The notes under the pieces are model-generated. The model made no database searches and had not been told where the DNA came from. It saw nothing but the letters and a program-made list of their open reading frames with translations. Shown here piece after piece: positions 1 to 10,287 of a stretch of 64,000 bases of DNA. Both the position numbers and the translations under genes were made by a program. The DNA comes from Dehalococcoidia bacterium (GTDB lineage: Bacteria; Chloroflexota; Dehalococcoidia; UBA2979). The stretch is taken from contig CAXXDN010000002.1 in NCBI GenBank assembly GCA_963667465.2, forward strand, positions 1,536,001 through 1,600,000, given 5' to 3'. How positions within the stretch are numbered: the first letter of the stretch is position 1; the number at the start of each line of letters is the position of its first letter.

Positions 1-554
1 TGGTTGATGATCGCGTCGATCGCAATCGCACTCTTGCCGATCGAGCGGTCGCCGATGATCAGCTCGCGCTGCCCGCGGCCGATCGGGATCATCGCGTCGA
101 TCGCCTTGATGCCCGTCTGCACCGGCTCACTCACCGACTCGCGCGCGACCACGTCGGGCGCGACCCGCTCGACGGGGAAGCGCTGACCCGCAGTCACGGG
201 ACCGCGCTCGTCGATCGGATCACCAAGCGGGTTGACGACGCGGCCGATCAGCTCGTCGCCGACCGGCACGGAGGCGACCAGCCCGGTCGTGCGGACCTCG
301 TCGCCCTCCTTGATGTCGGTGTAGTCGCCGAGAATGATCGCGCCGACGGTCTCCTCCTCGAGGTTCAGCGCAAGGCCGCGAGTGCCGTTGCTGAACTCGA
401 CGAGCTCCGAGGCAAGGCACTGGCCAAGACCGTGGATGCGCGCGATACCATCGCTCGCCTCCACGACCGTGCCGACGTTGGCCTCGATGACGTCCGCATC
501 GAAGTTCTCGATCTGCTCCTTGAGGATCGAAGCGATCTCTTCTGCCCGAACCAT
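1..554 (-). CDS. atpA: F0F1 ATP synthase subunit alpha, 5' part (runs off window start)
   Basis: Manual translation [18 protein letters not shown]...DGIARIHGL...[25 protein letters not shown]; follows atpH. Confidence 0.95.
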   Translation of the reverse strand, partial: MVRAEEIASILKEQIENFDADVIEANVGTVVEASDGIARIHGLGQCLASELVEFSNGTRGLALNLEEETVGAIILGDYTDIKEGDEVRTTGLVASVPVGDELIGRVVNPLGDPIDERGPVTAGQRFPVERVAPDVVARESVSEPVQTGIKAIDAMIPIGRGQRELIIGDRSIGKSAIAIDAIIN

Positions 555-606
555 CGCGTCTCCCCCGTGGTCGTGGGCGGGCCGGGCCCGCCGCTCGACC
601 GTGTTC

Positions 607-1152
607 CTACGCCAGTTGCGAGCGCAGCGCGCGCAAGCGCGAGCGCGCCGAACCATCGATCAGCCGGTCGCCGATGCGTACCACGGCGCCGCCGATCAGG
701 TCCGGATCGACCTCTGCACTGATCTCGATCTGCTGCCCCGTGAGCTCGCCGAGCCGGGTGGCGAACCACTGCCGCCGTTCCTCGTCGATCTCGACGGCGG
801 TGCGGACCTCGGCACGGGCGACGCCGCGCCGCTCGTCCAGCAGCTCCCGCACGTACGAGGCAATCGAGGGGCCAAGCGCGAGCCGGCCCTTGCGCCGCAG
901 CAGCCGCAGCAGGTTGAGCTGCAGCTGCCCGATTTCCGGGACGGCACGGCGCGCGACCGACTGGAAGCCCTCGTCCGTCATGCCGTCACCCTGCAGCGCG
1001 GCCACGTAGGCCGGGCGCCCGGTCAGCGCATCGAGGCCGCCAACCGCGTCTTCCCAGGCAGCGGTGCTGTCCGGGTCCGCGGCGACGAACTCCATGATGG
1101 CGAGGGCGTAGCGACGGCCCGCGACGTCTCGTGCGCCTGCTGCCTGGGCCAT
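607..1152 (-). CDS. atpH: ATP synthase subunit delta
   Basis: RRYALA N-terminus; [22 protein letters not shown]-terminus; operon position. Confidence 0.93.
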   Translation of the reverse strand: MAQAAGARDVAGRRYALAIMEFVAADPDSTAAWEDAVGGLDALTGRPAYVAALQGDGMTDEGFQSVARRAVPEIGQLQLNLLRLLRRKGRLALGPSIASYVRELLDERRGVARAEVRTAVEIDEERRQWFATRLGELTGQQIEISAEVDPDLIGGAVVRIGDRLIDGSARSRLRALRSQLA

Positions 1153-1169
1153 GCCTCGCCCCTCGTTCG

Positions 1170-1802
1170 CTAGTTCTGGTCGCCGAGCTCGCTGTTAACG
1201 AGCACCTCGTCGATCAGCCGTTGGTGCGCCGCGCGGTCAAGCGACTGGCGCATGACCCGCTCGGCGGCGGTGATCGTGAGGTCGGCGAACTCGCGCCTCA
1301 GTTGTTCGATCGCCTGATCGCGTTCGACGCGCACTTCCTCGCGCGCTCGCTCGACGATCTGTTCGGCGTCGGCGCGGGCGCGTTCCTCGAGCTGGGTGCG
1401 CAGTTGCGCGGCGCTCTGCTGCGCCTGCGCAACCAGCTCCCGCGCCTCGCTCTGCGCCTGCTCGATCGCCGCCCGCGATTCCTGCTCGCTGGCCGACGCC
1501 TGCGAGGCCGCCTGGGCGGCTTGATCGAGGCCTTCCTGGATGCGCCGCTTGCGCTCGTCCAGCAGCCTCAGCACCGGCTTGTAGAGGAAGAGCCGGAGCA
1601 CGATCAGCAGGATCGTGAAGTTGATCAGGTTGGAGACGAGCGCGGGCAGGCTGAAGCCCAGGGCGGCAATGCCCGCTGGCCCCTCCTCCGCGGCGAAGGC
1701 CGTGGCGGGCGCCGCCGCAAGCAGCACGCCCGCGGCCACGGCGCCCAGCCGCAGGCCGCGCCGCCGCGCGCTCCCCATCCGGCTGCGTACTCGGTGGATC
1801 AT
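1170..1802 (-). CDS. atpF: ATP synthase subunit b (start approximate)
   Basis: LINFTILLIVLRLFLYKPVLRLLDERKRRI followed by coiled coil. Confidence 0.93.
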   Translation of the reverse strand: MIHRVRSRMGSARRRGLRLGAVAAGVLLAAAPATAFAAEEGPAGIAALGFSLPALVSNLINFTILLIVLRLFLYKPVLRLLDERKRRIQEGLDQAAQAASQASASEQESRAAIEQAQSEARELVAQAQQSAAQLRTQLEERARADAEQIVERAREEVRVERDQAIEQLRREFADLTITAAERVMRQSLDRAAHQRLIDEVLVNSELGDQN

Positions 1803-1849
1803 GCTCGCCCCGCTCGCTGCGGCTCGCCTCGAAGACGAAGCCAACTCGT

Positions 1850-2218
<369 letters not shown>

Positions 2219-3280
2219 TTACTCCCTTACCAGGACTCCGCGTCCTACCTGCTCCGGCCCTGCAGGCCCGAGCTGCTGCTCCGATCTTCCCTCATGCGCG
2301 CCCTCGTGCTCCTCGTGCTCGTCGCCGTGATGGCTGACGGCAGTCTGGGCGAAGACGAGCGTGAGCATTGCGAACACAAATGCCTGGATCAGTCCGACGA
2401 ACAGCTCCAGGCCGTAGAAGACGTTAATCAGCACCAGCGGCACCAGGAAGCTCATCATCAGCAACAGTACCTCGCCGGCGAAAATGTTGCCGAACAGACG
2501 GAAGGTGAACGAGACGATCCGGATCAGCTCCGAGATCAGCTCCAGCAAGCCGACGAAGACGTCGATGATCCCCATCGGTTTGCCTCGCAGCAGGGGGCCG
2601 AAGGCGAAGAACTTCTTGAGGTACCCGAGTCCGAGCGCGGAGAGCCCCCAGTACTCGACGAAGATGAACGACATCAGCGCCAGCGCGAGCGGCGCGTTGA
2701 CATCCGTCATCACCGAGCGGAACAGCGGCGCGAGCAGGCCGGAGAAGGCGCCACCCTCCTCGTGCGGCTCCAGCGCAGCCGCCTCCGAGGTGTCGACGGT
2801 GTCCGCCTGCAGCGGGATGTAGGCGAGGTCGACGCCGGCGATGCTGGTCTGCTCGAAGACGGCCTGGATCTCGCCGTGGTCGGGTTCGGTGACGCCGACC
2901 GCGAAGTTGATGGGCAGCAGGCCGACGTAGTTGGAGACCAGCACGTAGAAGAAGATCGTCGCGACCACCGGGAAGAAGCGCCGCGCGTTGGCCTCGCCGA
3001 CGACGTTCTCGATGAAGCCGTAGAAGCCGCCGACGAACGCCTCGATCGCCCCGCTCAGCCCGGAGGGCACGAGGGTCATGGAGCGGCTGGCGTACACGGC
3101 GGTGACGATCAGCAGGGCGACGACCACCCAGGAGGTGAACATCGTGTTGGTGACCTCGAGCGAGCCGATGTCGAAGACGTGTTCGGGGGCAAGAATGATC
3201 GCCGGGGTGGGCGGCTTGATCAGGAAGAAGCCGCCGACGATCAGGACCACCACGACGATGGCGACGAGCCAGCCCCGCAT
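2219..3280 (-). CDS. atpB: ATP synthase subunit a
   Basis: SFTFRLFGNIFAGE and LIQAFVFAMLT motifs. Confidence 0.95.
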   Translation of the reverse strand: MRGWLVAIVVVVLIVGGFFLIKPPTPAIILAPEHVFDIGSLEVTNTMFTSWVVVALLIVTAVYASRSMTLVPSGLSGAIEAFVGGFYGFIENVVGEANARRFFPVVATIFFYVLVSNYVGLLPINFAVGVTEPDHGEIQAVFEQTSIAGVDLAYIPLQADTVDTSEAAALEPHEEGGAFSGLLAPLFRSVMTDVNAPLALALMSFIFVEYWGLSALGLGYLKKFFAFGPLLRGKPMGIIDVFVGLLELISELIRIVSFTFRLFGNIFAGEVLLLMMSFLVPLVLINVFYGLELFVGLIQAFVFAMLTLVFAQTAVSHHGDEHEEHEGAHEGRSEQQLGPAGPEQVGRGVLVRE

Positions 3281-3553
3281 CTAGCGACCCTTCCGCCCGT
3301 CCGCCTCGGCGGCGCTGTCCAGCAGCCGCCGCAACTGACGATAGGCACCGAGAAATCCCGCCAACAGGCCCAGCACCAGGAACAGGAGCGTCAGCAGCGG
3401 ATCCGTTCCGAAGTGACGATCGAGCAGACTCCCGATGATGGCCATTCCGGCAATCGACACCGCCAGATACGAGCCGATGCCGACCAGTCCGAGGGCGGGC
3501 GACCTCCAGACGGATACACCCCGTCCGGGCCGTGGCCGTCGGGAGCCTAGCAC
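3281..3553 (-). CDS. AtpZ/AtpI family membrane protein
   Basis: IGSLLDRHFGTDPLLTLLFLVLGLLAGF; first gene of atp operon. Confidence 0.85.
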   Translation of the reverse strand: MLGSRRPRPGRGVSVWRSPALGLVGIGSYLAVSIAGMAIIGSLLDRHFGTDPLLTLLFLVLGLLAGFLGAYRQLRRLLDSAAEADGRKGR

Positions 3554-3577
3554 GGGCCGATCACGTGATCAAACCGA

Positions 3578-3595
3578 TTGTGAGAAGTGGCACGA
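3578..3595. promoter_or_regulatory. Possible Rex-like operator upstream of atp operon
   Basis: TTGTGAGAAGTGGCACGA vs consensus TTGTGAA-N4-TTCACAA (4 mismatches). Confidence 0.35.
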
Positions 3596-3620
3596 ATGAA
3601 CTTCGGACGCCGTCACGGTC

Positions 3621-4160
3621 TCACTCGTCCCTGGTCTCGCCTTCGCCAAGGTCGTCGAGATCGAGCTCCCCGATGAACTCGCTGAAGGCGGAGAGTTTCT
3701 CCAGCTCCTCCTCCGTCACGGAGGAGGCCCGGCTGTCGCCGACCACCACCTCGCCCTCGGCGCTGAGCAGCACCCCGGCGCGGTCCAGCACGGACTCCTC
3801 GGCGTAGATCGGCGCCTCGGCGCGCACGGCCAGCGCGATCGCGTCCGAGGGGCGCGAGTCGATCTCTACCGTGCCTCCCGGATGCTCGACGGTGATGCGG
3901 GCGTAGAAGGTGTCGTTCTCGAGGTCGTTGACGACGACGTGCTTCACGGCGCCGCCGAATTCGCCGATCACGTTGCTGAGCAGATCATGGGTCAGGGGGC
4001 GTGCGACGGAGTGGTTTTGCAGTCGCACCGCGATCGCGTCCGCCTCGGCGGCGCCGATCCAGATCGGCAGGTAGCGGTCCGATCCCTTCTCGCGCAGGAT
4101 CACGACCCGCTGGTAGTTGCGGAGACTGACGCGAATGCTCTCGATGGTCATCTCGATCAT
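3621..4160 (-). CDS. Bifunctional nuclease family protein (DUF151)
   Basis: LPIWIGAAEADAI, RPLTHDL, IDSRPSDAIALA. Confidence 0.92.
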   Translation of the reverse strand: MIEMTIESIRVSLRNYQRVVILREKGSDRYLPIWIGAAEADAIAVRLQNHSVARPLTHDLLSNVIGEFGGAVKHVVVNDLENDTFYARITVEHPGGTVEIDSRPSDAIALAVRAEAPIYAEESVLDRAGVLLSAEGEVVVGDSRASSVTEEELEKLSAFSEFIGELDLDDLGEGETRDE

Positions 4161-4243
4161 GACGCGATGCCCCACGTCCCCGCGATCGAATCGAGTCTAG
4201 GTACGGCCTCCGCGAGGCGTCAACGAAACGCCCCGCGAGGCGG

Positions 4244-4507
4244 TCAGTCTACTCCGGCAGCGCCCGGAGGGGGTGATCCGCGACCCTCGAGCGCGGCTTC
4301 GATCGCCGGATCGAGCGCCGGACCGCGCTCCAGCAGCTCCTTCGCGCGGCGGCGCAGCGTCGGGCGGTCCATCAGCACACGCCGCCCGCACTCGCGGCAG
4401 CACAGCCCGATGTCCGCGCCGACGCGCACGACATCCCAGTCGAAACCGCCGCAGGGATGCTTGCGCCGCAGCCGCAGCACGTCGCCGACGCGCAGATCGA
4501 GGGCCAT
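4244..4507 (-). CDS. DUF951 family protein
   Basis: LRVGDVLRLRRKHPCG...VRVGADIGLCCRECGRRVLM. Confidence 0.88.
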   Translation of the reverse strand: MALDLRVGDVLRLRRKHPCGGFDWDVVRVGADIGLCCRECGRRVLMDRPTLRRRAKELLERGPALDPAIEAALEGRGSPPPGAAGVD

Positions 4508-4513
4508 CGCCGC

Positions 4514-5356
4514 TCAGTCCGCTTGCCCTGCGTGGCCGGCGTTGTGGCCCGCCGTCCGTACCGTCTCGCGGATCGCGTCTCGCAGGTGCTGCGCCGCAGC
4601 GCGCGAGGCCGCGGCGCCGCCCGCCTCGGGGTAGAGCACGCTGCGCGAGGCGTTGACGATGATCCCGCCGCCACGCGCGTCGAGCGCGGCGTGCACGGCG
4701 GCCTCCAGCTCTCCGGCCTGCGCCCCGACGCCGGGCATCAGGAACAGCAGCTCCGGACACAGCTCGCGGATCGCGCGCGCCTCCTCCGGGTACGTCGCGC
4801 CGACGACCAGTCCGACGTTGCCGCGCGTGTTCCACTCGTTCGCGCGCGCCGCCACCTCCAGGTAGAGCGGCCGGCCTCCGCCGACCGCTCGGTCCTGCAG
4901 CTCGCCGGCCCCGGCGTTCGAGGTGCGGCAGAGCACGAACGCATGGCGATCCTCGTAGGCCAGGAACGGCTCGACCGCGTCCCCGCCGAGGTAGGAGTTG
5001 ACCGTCACGGCGTCGGCGCCCAGCACCTCGAAGACGGCGCGCGCGTAGAACTCTGCCGAGTGGCCGACATCGCCGCGCTTCGCGTCGAGCAGCACCGGGA
5101 TCTCATTCGGGATGCCCTCGATCAGCTGCAGCAGGGCCTCCATGCCGACCGAGCCGCGCGCCTCGAAGAAGGCAGCGTTGGGCTTATAGCAGCACACCAG
5201 ATCCGAGGTCGCCTCGATCACCTCGCGCAGCCAGGCGTCGATGTCAGCGCCCGGGGCGAGGCGCGAGGGGTCGGGATCGAGGCCGACGCAGAGCAGCGAG
5301 TCGTTCGCCGCGGCGGCGGCCTCGTACTTCTCGCGGAAGCTCGCCCGCGCGCTCAT
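4514..5356 (-). CDS. pyrF: Orotidine-5'-phosphate decarboxylase
   Basis: LCVGLDP, YKPNAAFFE, LDAKRGD, PGVGAQ, NASRSV. Confidence 0.95.
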   Translation of the reverse strand: MSARASFREKYEAAAAANDSLLCVGLDPDPSRLAPGADIDAWLREVIEATSDLVCCYKPNAAFFEARGSVGMEALLQLIEGIPNEIPVLLDAKRGDVGHSAEFYARAVFEVLGADAVTVNSYLGGDAVEPFLAYEDRHAFVLCRTSNAGAGELQDRAVGGGRPLYLEVAARANEWNTRGNVGLVVGATYPEEARAIRELCPELLFLMPGVGAQAGELEAAVHAALDARGGGIIVNASRSVLYPEAGGAAASRAAAQHLRDAIRETVRTAGHNAGHAGQAD

Positions 5357-6165
5357 GCCGCCACCCCCCGGGAGACTCGCAGCGGCGGCAGCGTAACGCC
5401 CGAGGCGCGCAGCCGCTCGACGGCCGCCTCGAAGGCGCTCGGGTCTCCGCTGACGGCGCACGGCACGGTCCCGTCGCCGTCCTGGGCAATCGTGATCGCG
5501 TGCTCCTCGAGCTGCTGCAGCACGCGCCGCGCGACCGGCTCCGCCGTGTCGATCAGCTCGACGCCCTCGCCGAGCAGCGCGCGCAGCGCCGGCCGCACGA
5601 AGCCGTAGTGCGTGCAGCCGAGCGCGACCTCGTCGACGCCCTCCGAGGGCAGCCCGGCGAGCGCATCACCGAGCAGCGCCTCGACGCGCGGCCCGGAGAC
5701 CTCGCCGCCTTCAACGAGGTCAGCGAGGCCGGGCATCGGGATCGTGAGCACGTGGCTGTCCCCGGCGTAGCTGTGGTGCAGGCGCGCCAGGCGCGCGCCC
5801 TCGGCCGTGGCGGGCGTGACGAGCAGCGCGACGCGGCCGCTGCGGCTGCGCTCGACGGCCGGCTTGAGCGGCGGCTCCATGCCTACCAGCGGCACGCCGA
5901 ACCGCTCCCGCAACGCCTCGAGCGCCGCCGAGGAGGCGGTGTTGCAGGCGACCACCAGCAGCCGCGCTCCGGCCTCGATCAGCTCACCACCGATCGCGAG
6001 GGAGCGCTCGGCGATCTCCCCAGGCGGACGTTCGCCGTAGGGGAAGCACGCCGTGTCGGCGACGTAGCGCAACGACAGGCCGGGACGGAGCTGGTGGATG
6101 GCGGCGACGACGGAGAGCCCGCCGACACCCGAGTCGAAGATTCCGACCGATGCGGGGGCGCTCAC
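5353..6165 (-). CDS. murI: Glutamate racemase (start approximate)
   Basis: GIFDSGVGGLSV, VACNTAS, LGCTHY. Confidence 0.95.
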   Translation of the reverse strand: MSAPASVGIFDSGVGGLSVVAAIHQLRPGLSLRYVADTACFPYGERPPGEIAERSLAIGGELIEAGARLLVVACNTASSAALEALRERFGVPLVGMEPPLKPAVERSRSGRVALLVTPATAEGARLARLHHSYAGDSHVLTIPMPGLADLVEGGEVSGPRVEALLGDALAGLPSEGVDEVALGCTHYGFVRPALRALLGEGVELIDTAEPVARRVLQQLEEHAITIAQDGDGTVPCAVSGDPSAFEAAVERLRASGVTLPPLRVSRGVAA

Positions 6166-6268
6166 GGGAGCGCTGGAGGGATGATCGGCAAGGCGGCCTA
6201 CCACCCATCGAGAGTAGGCGGCGGCGGCGTGCGCAGGCAAGCGCGGCGGCCCGGGGTAGGCGGCTCCG

Positions 6269-7849
6269 CTACGACTCACCCTCCTCGCTGTCCTCCGCGT
6301 CTTCGGGCAGCGGGTTCGCCAGCTCCCAGGCCGCGAACTCGCGCTCGAGGTCGTCGAGGCGGCCGGGCAGGGGCTCGTGGCGCCCGTAGCGGAGGCCGTC
6401 GAACGCATCGGCGATGCGGGCGAAGAGCGGCGTGTCGAGGCGCTGGCCGGCGACGATGCCGAACTCCAGCGCCGTCTGCCCGGGCCGGCGCTCGACGCCG
6501 CGCAGCCGCGAGGCAACGAGCATTCGGCCGAAGAGCCGGTAGGCGCGGTTGAGCGCCAGCCAGCGCGAGTCGGCCGCCTGCCTGCGATGTGTACCCGGGA
6601 TCAGCGAGCGCAACATCGAGCCAAGGCCGCCGCCGCCCTGGTCCTCTTCGCGAAGCTCGGCGTACTGCTCGGTTGTCTCGCGCTGGGAGCGCGAGAACAG
6701 CCAGCGCGACACGCGGTAGGCGACCCAGAGGGCGCCGGCGACGGCGAAGGCGCGTGCGGCGTCACCGATCCAGCCGGGAATCCTGACGCGCGCCTCACGC
6801 TCCTCGTCTGGTTCCAGCGGCCCGTCCGCCACCTCGATGCGCACCTCCTGGAACTCGAAGTCGCTGGCGAACTGCCCGATCAACCACTCGACCACCCAGA
6901 AGATGGGCGTGACGATGATGATCAGCACCCACGCGAGCACCGCGACCAGGCCTCGGCCGATCGGCTCCAGCAAGCGCTGCGCGTCGAACAGTGCGAGCAG
7001 GATGAAGAGCGCCATCACCGCGCTGAGCGCGGCGACGGTGCCGAGCACCGAGAACACCCACGGCGCATCGCGGCGCGCGGCGGTTGGGTCCTCCGGCGCG
7101 CGAGCGGCGTGTGCGGTCGCGAGCGAGAGTGCGCCGAGCAGGAAGTAGGGCAGCACGAGCCAGCCCGCCACGTCCGCGTCCGAGACGGCCGCGATGAAGG
7201 CGACGGCGACCGCGACCGCGAACCCCACCCCGAAGCTGCGCAGGCTGCGCTCGAAGTTGACGGGACTGCGTCCCGCAAAGAGAAAGCGCAGCCAGATCAG
7301 GACGAGGCCGCCGACCGTCACCGCCCTCGAGGCGCCGAGCACGCGATCGGGGTCCGGGTCGGCCACGAACGCCTGAGGGTCGATCGCGCCGCTGAACGTG
7401 CTCCCGCCCTGGCCTCGCAAGTCCGCGAGGATCCCGTCATTCCAGGGCGCCGCGCCCCACAGTGGCGCATCGGCGAGCGCGAGTTGCAGCACCACACTGA
7501 GCGCGACGATAGAGACGAGCAGCCCGGCTGCGGCGCGCGAGGAGACCGGCAGCTTGCTCCGCCCGAGCACGCGCATCAGCGTGTACCCGCCGACCGCGAC
7601 CAGCACGATCAACGGCAGCGCGGGTCCCCCGATCGCACTCTCACCCGCCTGCTCCGCGATCTGGCGCGCGGCCTCCGCACGGTCGGGCTCCAGGAAGTCG
7701 CCTTTGCCGATACCGGACCGGATCTCGCGGGCCAGGTCGCGGAAGGCGTCGCGCTCCAGCCCCGTTGCGAAGGAACGCAGCACGACGAACCAGAGCAGCG
7801 CCTCTGCCGCCAGGAAGAAGAACGCCGCGAGCGGCGCGCGCCAGCTCAT
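6269..7849 (-). CDS. Multi-pass membrane protein with C-terminal DUF4129-like domain
   Basis: Start MSWRAP overlaps DUF58 stop; many TM segments; RRPGQTALEF...FDGLRYG. Confidence 0.75.
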   Translation of the reverse strand: MSWRAPLAAFFFLAAEALLWFVVLRSFATGLERDAFRDLAREIRSGIGKGDFLEPDRAEAARQIAEQAGESAIGGPALPLIVLVAVGGYTLMRVLGRSKLPVSSRAAAGLLVSIVALSVVLQLALADAPLWGAAPWNDGILADLRGQGGSTFSGAIDPQAFVADPDPDRVLGASRAVTVGGLVLIWLRFLFAGRSPVNFERSLRSFGVGFAVAVAVAFIAAVSDADVAGWLVLPYFLLGALSLATAHAARAPEDPTAARRDAPWVFSVLGTVAALSAVMALFILLALFDAQRLLEPIGRGLVAVLAWVLIIIVTPIFWVVEWLIGQFASDFEFQEVRIEVADGPLEPDEEREARVRIPGWIGDAARAFAVAGALWVAYRVSRWLFSRSQRETTEQYAELREEDQGGGGLGSMLRSLIPGTHRRQAADSRWLALNRAYRLFGRMLVASRLRGVERRPGQTALEFGIVAGQRLDTPLFARIADAFDGLRYGRHEPLPGRLDDLEREFAAWELANPLPEDAEDSEEGES

Positions 7850-9150
7850 CGCGCGGGGCCTTCCCGCCGCGGCGCCGTGCGCGACAGCACCTCCCGCGCC
7901 CGCGGCGGCCCCAGGGAAGCCTCGGCCTCCGCCAGCGCTTCCTGCTCGAGCCGCTCCATGTAGAGGGCGACCTCCGTCACGCGGATCGAGCCGGTGTCCA
8001 CCGTCCACGGTGCGGACGAGGTCTTCACAACGTGCACCTCGTGGCGTTCGCGGCGCAGCCGCTCCAGCGAGGCGACCAGGTCGTCGGTCATCAACGCCGC
8101 CACGACGACGACGCTCGCGCCGATCGGCAGCGCCTCGCCGCGGCGTTCCAGCTCCAGCGCCAGCGGCGCCATCGCGAACGGGTTCGCGCCCGCCAGCGCC
8201 TCGAGGACCCGCGCGAGCTGGTCCGGGCGGCGCCCCGCGCCCAGCCGGATCGGGCGGTCCGCCTCCGGCAGCGCGCCGTTCGTCAGCAGGCCGAGCGCGG
8301 CGTGCGACTCGAAGGCGGCGCGAGCGAGCGAGGCGGCGACCGTCACGCCGCGCTCCAGCAGCACCGGGTCCGTGCCCTCCCAGGTGTGCGGCAGCGTCAT
8401 CACGTCCAGCGCGACGACGACCGCGAGCGCCCTCGATGGCTCGTAGAGCCGGGATTGCAGCCGCTGCGCGCGCGCCGTCGCCTTCCAATCGACCTGCTTG
8501 AGCGGATCGCCGGGGACGTAGTCGCGCACGCCGATCACCTTGACCGGGTCGGGGAAGATGCGCCGGCCGCCGCGCAACTCGCCGAACGGGCGGTCGCTGC
8601 CAATTCCCAGGTCCGGCAGCGGGTAGGTGCGGGGATAGACGATGAGCGTGTCTACGCCTCCTGCAGCCAGTTCGCGATCGAACAGCCCGAACAGGTCGCC
8701 CGAGGAAAGCCGCGCCGGGCCGAGGCGGTGGTAGCCGCGCTGCACGGCGTGCAGCGTGAGCGGCCACTCGAGGCGGTCCCCGGAACGCAGCGAGGTCGTG
8801 CGCGTGAGGTAGACCGCGCCGTGCTGCCCGGTGGGCGTGGTGTGGCCCTCGGTGAGCGGGGCGGCCTCGGGCAGACGCTCGCGCAACTCGATCCAGGGCA
8901 CGGGCAGCAGCTTGCGGTTGGCGAGGTGGAGCCGCAGGCCCACCTGCTCGCCGGTGAAGGCGCGCCGCTCGGACAGCTCCCGGCGGTACTCGACGCCCTC
9001 GAGCGCGAGGCGCGCCCAGAGCCGCGCCGCGCCGCCCGCGCCGAGCACCAGCGCGCCCAGGCCGATAAGCGGCGCGGAGCCGGCCAGCACGCCGGCGAAG
9101 ACGAGCGCCAGGCAGCAACCGATCCAGGCCTCGGTCAGCAGCGACCGCAC
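7846..9150 (-). CDS. DUF58 domain protein
   Basis: GVRDYVPGDPLKQVDWKATAR. Confidence 0.9.
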   Translation of the reverse strand: MRSLLTEAWIGCCLALVFAGVLAGSAPLIGLGALVLGAGGAARLWARLALEGVEYRRELSERRAFTGEQVGLRLHLANRKLLPVPWIELRERLPEAAPLTEGHTTPTGQHGAVYLTRTTSLRSGDRLEWPLTLHAVQRGYHRLGPARLSSGDLFGLFDRELAAGGVDTLIVYPRTYPLPDLGIGSDRPFGELRGGRRIFPDPVKVIGVRDYVPGDPLKQVDWKATARAQRLQSRLYEPSRALAVVVALDVMTLPHTWEGTDPVLLERGVTVAASLARAAFESHAALGLLTNGALPEADRPIRLGAGRRPDQLARVLEALAGANPFAMAPLALELERRGEALPIGASVVVVAALMTDDLVASLERLRRERHEVHVVKTSSAPWTVDTGSIRVTEVALYMERLEQEALAEAEASLGPPRAREVLSRTAPRREGPAR

Positions 9151-9168
9151 GGGGGCTGCCCTTCGGGC

Positions 9169-10194
9169 CTAGCCGGCCGCTGCGGGGCGGCTGTCGACGA
9201 CGGGCACGGGCAACTCGCGCAGGATCTCGTCGATCAGGTCGTCCGCCGTGCGCCCTCGCAGCTGCGTCTGCGAGCTGAGCACGAGGCGGTGCGCGAGCAC
9301 GGCGGGCGCGAGCCGCTTCACGTCGTCCGGGCGCACGTAGTCGCGGCCCTCGATCGCGGCGAGGGCGCGCAGCGCCCGGAACAGCGCGAGCGAGGCGCGG
9401 GGGCTGCAGCCCAGGTCGAACGCCGCGTGCTCGCGCGTCGCGCGCACCACCTGCACCAGGTAGCGCGCCACGTCGTCCTCGACATGCACCTGCGGCAGCG
9501 AGGCCGAGAGCGCCGTCAACTCGCTCGCCGAGACCACCGGCTCGAGGCGATCGAGCGGGGACTCGCCCTCGAAGCGGCGCAGCACGGCGACCTCGTCGGA
9601 CTCGCCGGGGTAGCCCATGCGCAGCCGCAGCAGGAAGCGGTCGAGCTGCGCCTCGGGGAGCGGGAAGGTGCCTTCGAGTTCGATCGGGTTCTGGGTCGCG
9701 AGCACGAGGAACGGGTCCGGCAGCACGCGTGTCTCGCCCTCCACGGTGACGGTGCGCTCCTCCATCGCCTCCAACAGCGCGGACTGGGTGCGTGGGGTGG
9801 CGCGGTTGACCTCGTCGACAAGCACGACCGGGGCCATGATCGGCCCCTCACGGAACTCGAACTCGCCGCTCTTCTGGGAGTAGTAGTGGACGCCGACGAT
9901 GTCCGAGGGCATCAGGTCCGGGGTGCACTGGATGCGGTGGAAGTCCGCGCCGATCGAGCGCGCGAAGGCGCGTGCCGCCATCGTCTTGCCGGTGCCCGGC
10001 ACGTCCTCCAGCAGGACGTGTCCGCGCGCGAGCAGCGCGACCAGCAGCAGCTGCAGCGGCTCCTCGGCGCCGACGATGACCTGCGCGACGTTCTCGCGAA
10101 TCGCCGCCGCCGCCTCGGCGAGCGCGCGCACGGCCTCCGCCGACGGCGCGTCCGCACCGGGCATTGCTGCTCCGACTGCTGCATCTCCAACCAC
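9169..10194 (-). CDS. MoxR family AAA ATPase
   Basis: HVLLEDVPGTGKT, DEVNRATPRTQSALLEAM, LPEAQLDRF. Confidence 0.95.
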   Translation of the reverse strand: MVGDAAVGAAMPGADAPSAEAVRALAEAAAAIRENVAQVIVGAEEPLQLLLVALLARGHVLLEDVPGTGKTMAARAFARSIGADFHRIQCTPDLMPSDIVGVHYYSQKSGEFEFREGPIMAPVVLVDEVNRATPRTQSALLEAMEERTVTVEGETRVLPDPFLVLATQNPIELEGTFPLPEAQLDRFLLRLRMGYPGESDEVAVLRRFEGESPLDRLEPVVSASELTALSASLPQVHVEDDVARYLVQVVRATREHAAFDLGCSPRASLALFRALRALAAIEGRDYVRPDDVKRLAPAVLAHRLVLSSQTQLRGRTADDLIDEILRELPVPVVDSRPAAAG

Positions 10195-10287
10195 GTGGCC
10201 CCCTCGCCGCGCGGCGCCGCCCGTGGCGGACGCCAGAGGAGGAGGATACCAGCCGCCCGCCGTGGAACGGGGCGGCGCCGCCCGGCG

